A stretch of 64,000 nt of DNA, taken from the NCBI RefSeq assembly GCF_964204645.1, contig NC_134029.1, positions 2,790,001 through 2,854,000 on the forward strand, in the 5' to 3' direction. Source of the stretch: Tubulanus polymorphus. Taxonomy: Eukaryota; Animalia; Nemertea. Shown in pieces: positions 39,011 to 52,079 of the stretch. Position numbers and translations under genes: made by a program. The notes beneath the pieces were generated by a model. That model had not been told where the DNA came from. It searched no databases and worked only from the letters and a program-made list of their open reading frames with translations. Positions within the stretch are counted from its first letter, which is position 1, and each line of letters begins with the position of its first letter.

Positions 39011-41791
39011 ATGGATGAAGCGATTGAAAGGACACTAAGCCAACTGTGGAAGGGCAGTAAAAAATGGCATTTACTCGCCTATCACTATTGGGTGATACCT
39101 GTTAATATCGTGGTCACCTTTTTTATGATGTCCGCTGTTTTTACAGGTTAGTCAGTTTTTGAAATGAATGATATTTGCTTTATAAAATATGGACTCGAAT
39201 AAGGTCTTTTTCCCTCGTGCACCAACTACCTCAAGGAAAAACAAGTCAGTTAGAATATGAAATTAGTAACGAGGTATTGAATATATTTGCAGCTGGTGTA
39301 CCGGATCACCATTGTACAGTGTCAGACAATTCATCGCTACCAAGAAAACAGAACGGGCAGCCTGAATCCTGTCTTATTTACAGTAATCTAACACACGATA
39401 ATAACACAGAGAAATGTTCAAACTGGACCTATCCTGATAAAGATTATGGAATAACAATCGTAACCGAGGTAAAACGTTTTCGATCGCTTTCATCCGTAGT
39501 CAAATCAATGATATTCAATTTCAATCATTCTCTCAACTATTAAGATGATTTTGCATTTCCTTTTCGTGACAGTGGGATTTAGTTTGTGACTATGACTACC
39601 TCGGTGAACTATCACAGTCATTCTTTATAATGGGTGCAATAGTTGCAACGTTGTTGGTTACACCACTTGCTGATAATTTTGGAAGGAAACTGGTTTACTT
39701 GATATTGAATGGTTTACTAGTTATATTTGGTGTCGCAACTGCCTACTCAGTGAACTACATCATGTTTACAGTATTCAGAGTTTTAAGCGGCATAGTTGGC
39801 TACGTAAGCTATTTCATTTTTTAGACATCCCTCTTTTTCAAGGGACAATTCTTCGCGATTTCACCAAGGTTCGATAGACAGAAACCGAAAAGCATTTTTA
39901 CGATTATCGAGAAGTCGTGTTTTAGATTAGAATAAGTGGTATAACGGTATAATGGTTTGATTGCAGGCTTGTTTGTTGATATCTATTGTTGCGACTGTTG
40001 AACTGTTTCCGAAAGATCTACGAGCTTTCGCTGGTCAGATAATGTTCATGTGGTGGAGTATTGGAATGATGTTTCTTGATTTGTTGGCGTATTTTATCAG
40101 GAATTGGCGACACTTACAGCTAGCAGTGGCTCTCATGCCAGTCATAACAATTATTGATATTTGGTAACATTATATTTACATATTCTCTATGAACTCTGGG
40201 CATACACACGACATGTGTTTAGATGAATTGTATCGTTGAAGGTTGATACCCGAATCTGTGCCGTGGCTTTTGTCGAAGGGAAAGGTGGAACAAGCAGAAG
40301 AAATCGTTAAAAAGGCGGCCGCTTTCAATGGAACGACACTTCCAGAACATCCATTTAAAGTAGATGCTGAAGTTAAAGAAGAAAAAGAACTCGGTCGAAT
40401 GACATTATTCCGTGAACCAATTCTAAGACGAATTACGTTAATTTTATCCATTTTGTGGTTTGTATTGCATCCAATTTATTGTGTGTGTTTAAGCAGGGAC
40501 ATTTCTACTTAGAAATGAAAAAGGAAAATACAACGGGGTATCTTAATCTCTTTAAGAAAGTTCTAGTAACGTTACCTTCCCATTAAACGTTTCAGTTCCT
40601 GTGACTCTCTATTTGTCAGGTTTGTCAACACTCTGGTTTACTATGGCTTATCACTATCTGCAGCTGTATTAGCCGGTGATCGATTTCTGAACTTTTTTCT
40701 TATGGCTTTAGTTGAAATACCTGCTACTTTTTGCGCTATGTTTCTAATGGAAAGGTAAGGATATAGATGATTTTTTGATATGGTGTTTTGTTATCAGATA
40801 TACATGCAAATCTATAGTAATTTGTCATCTAAATGCACCTTAGTTCTATGTTGTACATTTCAGTCGAGCTGGGAGACGCATATCAATATCTAGTTTTCAT
40901 GGTTTAGCCGGTATTTCATTAATTGTACTCGTATTCATTCCGCCTGTTACGGGTAAGTAGAACTTTCTCAGCCAATACAATGAACCATCAAAATATTTTG
41001 AAAGGAAATAGAAAAGTTGGTTGCATTAAGAACGGTCTGGATCGGTCGAGATGGCTGGAATGCACCCAGGACTTATATTTTCTATCTATTCATTCAGAGC
41101 AATCTTTTCTATTTATTTGATATTTTATGTCTTTTATACTAATGATATTTATTTTGGTATTATTGGTGAATCATTTCAGAGAATGGAACAGATTTGACTC
41201 CTTTAACTGTATTTTCTACCTTAGTTGGTAAATTTAGTATCACGGCTTCCTTCGATGTAGTCGCTCAGTATACTTTAGAGTTGTATCCTACATGCCTCAG
41301 GTAAGGTAACCTGTTTTGTTGTGGAAAGTGAACGAGTTCAACAGCATTAGACATCATCGAGATTGCAAATACGTTTTATATTGCATTCAATGTTGTTTGA
41401 TAACAGGAATACTGGGTTTGGAACAGCAACGTTTACAGGTCCTGTCGCCGGTATTTTAGCGCCATTCGCTGTTTATTTGGTATGAGCATCGCTATTAGAT
41501 ATTCATTATTATTGTACCCTATAAACTACTGAAAGTTGTTAAATGATATTTCAGGCGCGTTTTGTACCGTGGGCTCCCGGAGTTATTTTCGGTATAATGT
41601 CCCTGCTCGTCGGAATACTGGCTTTGCTGTTACCGGAAACGAGAGGACGGCCATTACCGCAGACTGTCGAGGATATGAACGAGTGGCAACTACAGAGTTT
41701 TACGTGTGGTTCATTGAACAGAAGAAAACAGAATAAATCTATAAATGTTAACAGCAACGAAGAAAAGGAGCAAGCGACTACTTTACTTTGA
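39011..41791 (+). CDS. SLC22-family transporter, tandem copy 5
   Basis: Same exon structure and motifs; ends ATTLL*. Confidence 0.93.
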
Positions 41792-42560
41792 AAATAGTTT
41801 AGTAATTTAATATAAATGTTATTATTCAATTGGTGACCTCTCGTAGGGTTGGGGAAAGATAAAGAAGAATTCGATGTAAGGTAGACGTTATATCTGTAGC
41901 GAAGGCTTCCAACATTTAGTAGTAGTATGAAATATAACATAAACGACAAAAAAACTCATATTGTACTAAAAATCGAAAACAAAATTTGTATTTCATGACT
42001 AATTCTAGAAATAATAAACATAGAACATTTATACGATACACTGATATTTACATTTTTTCTGCACAATACTTTAGATTATTGTCTATCCATATTGATTTCT
42101 CTGGGATACGCTGATCTCGGGGGTCTTTTTCCAAATCATGAGGAAATAAACGGATCATCAGTTTGATGAATAGACCAATGATTGGTTTTGAAATTCATTC
42201 CAGCGTAATGAATTAAGTTGAGGTAGAAATGTTTGTCACACATATTTAAGTGATAGGCGAAAGCAATGTAAAAAAAAATCCCAAATAAAGAAAGTCTATT
42301 TCGTGACCACAGCTAGTTTGCCAACTTTCTTATGTTCAATGGAGACAATATTCAAATGAAATATAGACGAAACGGTGGATTGATCTTAAAAGATATAGTA
42401 AAAACTTTAAGTATATGGCACATACAAAATTTTAAAATCAATGGTTACTCAATCTGTTACTCATGATGAAATCTCTTATACCGTGTATTTCTCTTATACA
42501 AGTCTTCTCTTCTGAGTACTTTCATATCTTCACCTCATCATAGTAGTTTTCAATATCAAT

Positions 42561-45500
42561 CTAGATAAACGGGCGATAGGAGCCGTAAACACTCCAATAA
42601 ACAACGTTAAACGCTACAAAACACAACGGAAAGCAAACTCGTGACGTCTTGTCGATGGCCCTTGCGACTTCTCGTGGGGATTTGTGCGGCTTGTGGCTCT
42701 CCCAAAATTTGAATACTCTATTTCTTCCATCCTGAAAATATAGGATCAACAAAATCATTCTCTGACGCGTTCTAAACGTGAAGGCATTTCTTTTTCAGCA
42801 GCTCATTACAATAACAAAGCGTTCGCTAACACGGATTCCAATGAAAAATCGCAAAAAGCTGTGCTCTCAATACAAAATTTGGAATTTGGAAAATATCCCT
42901 AAACATCGCGCGCGAGGATTTCCACATAGCATTAACTAACACAGATACCAGGGACAATAATACAATTGGGAGACTGAAACATGTTCTTCTGTAAAGCCGC
43001 TTAAAGATTTAAAAGAATAACATAATATTTGGTGAAAATTCTAAAAAAGAACGAATTCACAAAATACGCTCCACCATTCCTAGAAATTCTGCCATTTCTT
43101 CTCTAAAAGCTAAATGCAAAACATTCTAAGCATGGTGACGTCATAGCTCTGCAAAATGTGTGTATACAATACCTCATATCTTATATGTACACCTTTGCGC
43201 CATCGTTTAGAGTGCTAGAATGTATGATAAAACAAAAATATGACCCGCATTCAAATATCAGTGTCCCAAATATTTCCCGCTACGGAGACCAGAATAGATA
43301 TTTTATCAAGCATTACTCGTAGGTATCACAGGGCGCTATCATTTCTATAACCTTGCAAGAGAAAAGGCCTTGAATTAATTATCAACATTGCGATCACGGG
43401 TAACTGTGGAACAGACTCCTCAACCCTAATCTTACTAGAAAATACTTGATGATATTATTTGAGACTGGGGAGGCGAGAGATATATTTCACATTCCTGGTC
43501 AAACTAAAATTTCGAAAAAAAATTGATAATTTTTAAATTTACCTTGACACAATTTTGACATTTCGTGTCAACATCGGATTCGCTACGTTTCATCGGTTGG
43601 GTCTGTGATGTATCGGCAGACATACCGTCGTCTTTCTGGTCTCGCAATCTTTCGGATTTACGAACCAGTACATTGACAAACGCGTACTCCAACAGCGAGC
43701 TAAACACGAATAACATGCAAGTTGCCATCCAGACATCGATGGCTTTCGGATATGACACTTTCGGTAGAGATTGTTTACTGCCTGATAGTTGAGTTGTCAT
43801 GGTAAGTACGGTAGTAACTCCCAGGGATATACGAGCTGGAACCGCGTCCATGTGAATCCAGAATGAAACCCACGATAGAATAACGATAAGAACGGATGGT
43901 ATGTAGGTCTGTAACAGATAGAATCCGCATTGTCGTTCCAGTTCAAACGTAGCTCTCAAGCACGTGAAAGTTCCTGAAAATCAACAGAAGAAATTAGGGA
44001 TGTCGCACCCTCCATCGGCAGGGATTCGAATCTGATGGCAGCAAGACTCAATAGAGCGACTCCGCTGCCAGAGTCGATAGATGTTAGTGTATTAAAAATC
44101 CGCTAACGATGCGCGTAGCGGCAGCACCGAACAGTAAATCAGCACGTTGATTCATTTGGTGATAGTTCTATCGGCAGGGATTCGAATCTGAGGCCTTTTT
44201 ATGAACCAGCAAAATCGAAATAGATTAGCTATTTAGATTATATAGCCGATTAGTGTCAATTAGCATAACCGGGTATGTTGGTTGATAAAAACGCCAGGTA
44301 TAAATTATTCAATTATGGCCTACTCAGCAGCGACTTCTACCGAGAACACCATATCGGTTGGATTAGATAATCGGCATACTTGCTCGCCGAGCGAGTATGC
44401 TGAGTATGCTAATCGATTATGATAACCAATGTTCATAAAAATGACGGATTATGACATAATCCATGCTCATAAAAACGTTTTGCATACTCGAATATACTAA
44501 TCGAGTGTTCATAAAAAGGCCTCTGATGGCAGCAAGACTCAATAGAGCGACCCCGCTGCCAGAGTCGATAGATGTTAGTGTATTAAAAATCCGCTAACGA
44601 TGCGCATAGCGGCAGCACCGAACAGTGGATCAGCACGTTGATTCATTTGGTGATAGTTCTCCAGTAAAATTAATTAACAGGATGTTGTTTTACCTGTGGC
44701 ATAGCGTTTCGTACATGAACTCGTTTCATTTTTAATCAAATCGAATTGAGGCAGTTCCATATCATCTTTCTGTGCGATCGCTTTCGTATTTCTCGACCAC
44801 AGGAAAATCACATCCCCGAAATCGTAAGCAACTGATGAGAAAAAAAGAATGGAAAAAATCGTCATCGAAATTCGATCTGAATAAGAACATGAACGAAGTA
44901 CGTTTTACGTCTTTAGTGAAGATTTAGCATCAGCGAAATATCACTGAAGACTCGTGAATCGTTACGTCTTATATAGCGGAATGTGAAAAAAGTTCTTCCC
45001 ATACTTTCTCTCACTCTCCCTCTCTCGACACTCTCTCTCCCTCTCAGTCAGATGAAGAGGCATTTTCCTGACACGTTTTCTCCCACTAATTGCTTTATCT
45101 AGTGCGGCAAGAATGACGGCGTTTACACACGCAACTTATATCGAAACTATCTAACTGCATGTAATACTAAAACCCTACTCATCTTGAAAATTTCATCCAA
45201 AGCAATCCAAATATAATTTATACAAGCGGATTTCAAGAACTTACATGATTCCATTTCAAGTTTGCATATTTGTCGATCTAGTGGAAAATGTGTAAGAATC
45301 ATCGGACATGATAGAACCAGAGTCAGCCTAGACAAGAAAACTAACTTTACTAATTAAGTTTATTGACGCCTAGAAAACTAAAACATATTTTGCTGGATAT
45401 CGTCGATTATAAATGATGTGATATAGATTATATAGTATTTCAAGGATCAATTAAGTTTTTATTTTGGATGTGAATATATCGACAATAGTATTGAATTGAC

Positions 45501-48500
45501 CGGTATCCAGTCTATTGAGATTATCTGCGCTGATTCTCGATTTGCACAACAAGATTAAGCTAAAAAGTATTTGAAACTTGCACACGAGATCGGAGAACGG
45601 TCGTCGAACTGCAGAATACCAGGACTGGTTTCGCTCGATGATAATCACTATTGTTACTTTTACGATCGGCTACGGACATCAAATTGCATCGGCGCATTTT
45701 GGGCAAGTTACGACCATAAAAAATACCTCCTTCCCCCCATTATCCAGGGAGAGACGATGTCTGAATATGACATATAATATGCCTGCATCTGATATAAGTG
45801 CACTCAAGAGTGCAGTCATATTATTTGCTTATCCGTCTGAAATTTCTCCAGCAATGTAAATATGTTTTAATCATCACTCGGCAGCTTGGTTATCATCACT
45901 ACTCTAAGACTGTTTTCGCTGCTCAAATACCAGTATTTATTGTATACCGTGCGTTATTTGTCCGTTTGTTTTAGATCGAAGTAAACAGTAAAACTATTCA
46001 TGAATTTTTAAAGGTTGTGAGTGTAATAATCGGAGAAATTTCAACCCATAACCTGAGCAACTGGGCATTCGGTTTATTCCTTCCAGAATTTCTAACATTC
46101 TTATCAAGGAATAAATCTCGCAGAACTATGCGGACTATGTTTTGGATATTTTTGTATCACATCGATATTAAATAATTTCGATATGAAATCCTGACAGAAC
46201 TCATCTTTCTCGGTGAATTAATCGCAAGGTCCCGGGGTTAATCAGGAAAGAACTAAGTCAACCACGAGCCGCAGAGAGAATATTTCTACATAAATTAAGC
46301 ACTCGTGGCGACCATTTAGAAATAACCGATGATTGATGTAAGGAACGATACAGCTCATCCGGACCTGATTGTGTGAGTACAAGCAATCGGTTCTGATATA
46401 CTCCAGAGAAATGATTCACAGAAAAGGCTTTTTATTTCGTCTTTGATATGTATATAGTCTCTGACTACTGTGAATCGAGTCAGTCAGACCATGGACGTAT
46501 ATACTAGAGTTTTGTCAGACCAATCATTGCGAACAATTAACTTTACCATAAAAAGAATCATCGCTCAAAGTCTTTTTTTTATGAAGAAGACAATTTTATA
46601 GCCATTTTCTAGACTCCATTATAATCTACCCTCATTCCTATTCATGATATATACCTAACGTGTTTCATTCGTGAAACTATTCCATTGTTATAGGCTTAAA
46701 GCACTAAATCTACCCTCGGGATTTCGTTTTCAATTTTTCAGTAATAGTCGGCATTCATTCCCTGACTGCAGTTACTAAGCTTTTAACGCCGTGATTAAAG
46801 TCTATAGAATTTGTCTGATATATGCATGTGTACTTAAGCCACTGAATATATTTTTCTCTTTTTACATAGCTAAAAAGCCGACGTTTCGACTAGAATTTAG
46901 TTTTGTTATGTTTTGTTTTGTAATTTTAGTATTCCTGGAAATATGTCTATAAGTGTATAGTCGAACAGTTGAAATAAACTACTAGCTCAACGGAACTTTT
47001 AGGACTAGTTTTTCATGAAGATGAAAAAGTATCAAATATACCTCATTGCATACATGACTGTCCCATTACTGTAGATTCTGAGCATTTTATTCGGAATTGT
47101 GATGTCGTGTGTTCGGCCTTGTTTCTCGTTGGGGAAGAATACATCGGGCAGCCAAATACGCTCGATAAATTGCGGCGGGATAGAAATGATAGGGTCGTTT
47201 TCTAGATCCGTGAAATTATGCTGTAATCTCTCGTCTAACCAGCTCTGCCGTAGATACAAACTCACCGTATAATCCTGAAAATACACGAACAAATTTCATA
47301 CCGTAATTGGTGAGATTAAGGTACTGAGATTCTGCTGTAATATTTGCTGAAGAAGATTTTATCTTATTGCTTAGTGTTATATTTCATAGATTTTTTTTAC
47401 AGCATTATGTATTCCTAAAGATAGTCGAAACGTTGAATAAACTATTAGCTCAAGGAAGCATTTTGGATGCTTTTTATTGTTAATGACGGATTCTATATTA
47501 TATTACGTGTATATTACATAGATATGGATTTCCAGGTAATTTGTCTACATCTTTGGAAGTGTAACAATAAATCATTCGAAAATGACGAAAAATACAATAT
47601 GGGTCTCCGACTAATTTCCTCATAACAGAACAAAATAATGGTCTACAGCAAACACGAACAGGAATCAATACAATGGCCGAGTGTTTTATGGTGTATCTAC
47701 AGCCAGGAAGGATGGACATTAGAATTGTCGTTTAGCGTGAGGGATAGATACATGAGCAAATTCCTATCTTTTATTTGCGCATATATAACTGTCAGTTATT
47801 CAGCCAGCGAATCGACATAATAAGGAAGTATATAAACCCGAAAATCGCACCGCAAAGAGACACAAATCATTATGTGTTTATCTAAAAAATAGGATATGAT
47901 CTATCATGATAGATGATAGGATTACACGCGATTCTTAGATTAATGGGTTGATTGAAAAAAACGAAAACTGCTTTAAAAAATAATCTGCAGCCATAGTTCC
48001 AAAATTGATTCGAAAATCAAGTCTGACAACTTGATAAGACTAGCGGTGACATTTCAATGTCTAATGTCAGGGGCAGTTATACACAAGCACTGCTTAGACG
48101 AGTCATACGCTCTATCAACTTGAGACCAACTCCTGTGATTTAAGACCACTTTGGACTTCTTTAAGTCAGCGCCTCGACCAGGCAACCGGACACCGTGGAA
48201 CTGGACTGTATTAGTTCGCTCGATGTGCTTGCTGACAGTTTATGATGCTTGTATGCCCTTGATTCTGAGGTCACCACTCTCAGAAAACTCTCGAGGTTTT
48301 AACTGAGCGTTCAATTTGTTTTGTCGATGAGATACTAGTGACTCACTTACCATTCCGATTTCATCAATCTCTCCAAATCCAGACAGCAATAAGTTTATCG
48401 ATACATTCGTCGCTGGGCCTGAAATATAAATGAATGCGTACAAAATTGCAATGGATTTCAATTATGAAAGTTTTCACATTTCACAATAATTTCGTCATTT

Positions 48501-51500
48501 TGTTGTAACATTTTCCTCGCGAAACGATTTTAAACTCGTTGATTGAACCTCTGGGAAATGAATTTCATAAAGTATGTTTTTGCGCGGAACAATCATAAAA
48601 TTGAAAATAGTCACATTACACGACAAGCACGAGTGCATTACGAAACCGTTTTATATCAGAATTTAAAAACTGAGCCAATACCGATATGAATTCAACACAG
48701 GAGACTGTGATCTTCGTTTCACATGAATTATGAAACGCGGGCGCCCTTAATAAACTAGGTACCGTCTGGTAACAACGTCATCCCGCCGGTAAATGGTTGC
48801 ATGGTGAAAAAAAAACAATGCCTGACTCAATGCGAACTGATACTGAGCCTTTCATATATATATATATCAAAATGAACGGGACCCGTGAGATATATAGATG
48901 CCGCAAGACTAGACGCATCCACGGCAATAGTATACCTAATTATGCCTAAAAAATTGTTCGTTCAATTTTGATATGATATTACTGCTGATCTAGTGTCGGG
49001 AGACGGTGCTGTCAAAATTAGGTGTGAATTTCATTCATCAGGATCGAATAGTGGTATTTCGAATAACGCAATTTTCTAGTCAAGCCTCTGACGGATCATT
49101 CAACTGAAGATTAAACAATTCTACGGAGATGTGTTGTTGATAACGATTAAGATATCGCTTCATTATTCAAGGGACGAGTTTTCGTCGGGATTCTCGGGAC
49201 ATTATTCGGCACACACTCACAATTTTGTTTCAGTTTAATTTTTGTCCGTATGAATTATGCCTACATACATCGCGTGTATATAAATCAAACAGAGAAAGTG
49301 TTGAAACTGACAGAATGTATTCAATATTTATATGTAGACTAATGAGAAACTCGATAATAGGCAACAACAGACTGAGCAATATCTCGCTCAGTGTTAGTTG
49401 GTTTGCGATTGAAGAAAAACAATCTACGAGATCACGCTCAGGCAAATATTTTCCTTCCTGCGACGATCACGAGGAGGGCGCCGATCATACGATCTCATTC
49501 CCATTAGATTATTCGTCGGAGTCGAATGAAGATACTGGATAGGATGGTGAGGAGTTCACGTATTAGAACCACTCCGCGTAACTCGAGCTCATGTTCGTAT
49601 TAATCATCCATACCCGGAACATCGAACAAACCTCGACTCATTCTACCGTGGTCGTATTCTAATTTATACGCCCATGAATCTACCTAACGAATATATTGTC
49701 CCTACATTCAATATGGCCGCTAGGCAGCTAAATTGTGGTGGAATCTTCGTATTCTAACTAAATCTCCGGCATAGTCTCTATGCATAACCTATTATCAAGT
49801 CTTGTATACACGTATGATTTTAATGAGATATAATAGCGTTTTGTATCCATTCGAATTATCATCAGTTGTTTTTAAGTAGTATTTTCGTAACGCGTCCCGT
49901 TACTGAATAGAAACCGATGAATTATTCAGAAGTTTTGGCTGCTCGATTCCCACCAGAGAAGCTACGCTTTAACGAGCGATGGTCTGATAGCCTGAACGCA
50001 GTAATAACGCGTGTGTGCGGTCGGAGAGTGATAGCAGTATGAGAGAATCCGCTTTTACGCAGTTCACGGCTGCTACTTTATGAAACATTGATTGCAGTTA
50101 TTTTGATGGAACTGGGAGAGGAAATCTACACCAATGGTGTCAACTTCTAGCGGACTAGTGCGGTTCCCTCTAACGCGTACACGCGTATAACCCTGACAAA
50201 ATATTAACCAATATTTTCGATGACAATTGAAGCTGTCAGTTGAGCTATCTGCTCTAGATACTTGAAGTCGTCGAAGCGACGACGAGTCCTCCTCGTCCAT
50301 TACCGGGGCGTATACATGAATCAATTCAAAAAAGCTAGGTTTCAGTTACATATGTTACTTTCACATGATCAACATCACCCGATATGTCTTGCGATGAGCC
50401 CATTTTTTAAGTTTCCAGATTTCAATGGACTGCGGCAATCGAGTATACCATTGAGGATGTCACTAGTGTGCAGGACTACGATTCTCAAATTCAATGAATG
50501 TCGAATCAAGATCGCACCATATGACGTGTGAACCCTCGTGATCCATCGTAGTTTATCTGGAGACTTGTCTAATCTTTTATATTGTCAGTTAGAAATCTAT
50601 ATGAAAGCTGATTAAGAATGAACTAAATTCTGGTCGAGTTTCCTTATTGGTTACAGCGCTACCTGGTAGGATATGGCTAATAGCATAAGGGGTCCGCAAT
50701 AGTGACAGAAGAAGCTATGAACTTACCATTGACTCCCGGTCTCACTCTACGGTCATAGACGTGATTATTGAGAAGTCGATTCAACACTTCCGTTCGGTTT
50801 TTCTGTCTATAAATAAATATTCAATAAATTCAATTAACCTTATATCGGAACTCGCACAATCTGTTTCACTGACGTTTCGCATTCGAATTCTTCTATCAAT
50901 CTTCCATTCAATTAGCATTTCATATTATGTTTATGCATCACAAAATTATCTTTATCAAATTTCAAAATGTTCTGTTCTCATCACTACACATGAACGCGTT
51001 ACGTAAGTGATGAATAATGAATGACTTTTATCAAGAGACATTCTCTGGTTTCCAGAAGAATTGATTTTAGTTCCACGTTTCCCCCCTAGGAGTCTGTTAT
51101 ATAGACAGGTTATCAGTAAACTCAGATCATCCATTTCTACCACCATTATTCAAAGCGTGTTCAATTATTCAAGTTCGTTAAACATTTGGTGAATTATCTC
51201 AAACATTTGTGGAGTCGCGACTGATTTGAATCATGTCAAATATCTGTATAGTCGCTCTTCTGTCGCCCGGCGTTCCAGTGTTACTACATTTATGAACAAA
51301 CTCGGGTGCGATATTGAACCAGATCAAACGAGTTTTTCTAATTTATTTCATTCCCCGGCGAATCATTCGCCTGTTCAACGGTAATTATTTCTTCGTTTGA
51401 TACTTGAAAGTATTTCTCAGACGGAAACTATGCTATATATCTGTCGAAGAGCCGATGAGCTGGCCTGCACAATTGTACAAAAATGATATGCGTAATTACT

Positions 51501-52079
51501 TCTGCGTTCCTCGGAACGTCTTTAGCTAGAGCGACAACGCTCGGGAGTCATCGAGTAATCTTCATCGCTTCCGATTAATTTGCGCTCTGAAAATTCCCAT
51601 TTAGCGAATAAAACTGTCGTTTAACAACAGCCCAGCGATAGATGATAAAAATATCAGATAAAACCAGCTATCGCTATAACGACTCACAGTGGTTTGAATT
51701 TATCTTCGAGTCTATTCGAATATGCTCGAAATAAAACCCACGTTGCCGCGGAACTGGGTCTAGAATCAAATCAAACTCACACGCGTGAAATTCGAGAAAA
51801 AGCCAATTTTTGCAACAGAAAATAAGTCGGAATAAATTTTATGGTGAAAAGGCCAAGCCATTTTAGCTCCTTGACATTTAGATGCAATGGATTAAATAAA
51901 GGTCTACAGTCGAATAAAACTTTTAAACCGTGGTGTCAGATAAATCCCACGACTGAATTCTAACTCCAACGAAAGGTGTTCATTACTTACAGTTTTGATG
52001 AATTCTTTCTAACAAGTAAAATGCACAGAAAAGCACCAACCCAGACAATTTTATTACACATACTGGTTTGAACGAACAT
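42561..52079 (-). CDS. Cys-loop ligand-gated chloride channel subunit, glycine receptor-like. Exons 51991-52079, 50727-50806, 48351-48418, 47042-47274, 45245-45327, 44694-44831, 43543-43973, 42561-42731
   Basis: Signal peptide ([13 protein letters not shown]), [30 protein letters not shown], Cys-loop [15 protein letters not shown], loop-C disulfide [13 protein letters not shown]2 [17 protein letters not shown] (PAR anion motif), M4 [13 protein letters not shown]; intron phases are consistent. Confidence 0.93.
44014..44660 (-). repeat. 156-bp tandem duplication of a tRNA-derived SINE-like sequence; second unit split by the MITE
   Basis: Unit 1 is 44014-44169; unit 2 is 44170-44190 plus 44526-44660. 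The minus strand has a B-box-like GATTCGAATCC; related gcagggattcgaacctgatggca occurs at about 57979 and gggattcgaacctga at 19531. Confidence 0.7.
44191..44522. mobile_element. MITE (332 bp), probably PIF/Harbinger-like
   Basis: Perfect 16-bp TIR aggcctttttatgaac/gttcataaaaaggcct. The TSD is CTG (or TCTGA if the TIR is one base shorter), shown by the empty site in the upstream tandem copy. Confidence 0.85.
46880..47010. mobile_element. Degenerate copy of the Penelope-like repeat in a channel intron
   Basis: acgtttcgactag ... tagtattcctgga...ctata..tatagtcgaac..gttgaaataaactactag, similar to 6410-6470. Confidence 0.5.
47410..47480 (+). mobile_element. Deleted copy of the Penelope-like repeat
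   Basis: attcctaaagatagtcgaaacgttgaataaactattagctc. Confidence 0.5.

Noticed and set aside
23044-41791. SLC22 array as a haplotype/assembly artefact or a mutually exclusive exon cassette
   Set aside because: Each copy has its own ATG, all ten exons, a stop codon and clearly diverged introns.
49225-50531. Intronic ORFs in the channel gene as nested genes or extra exons
   Set aside because: The channel model is complete without them; no recognisable domains.
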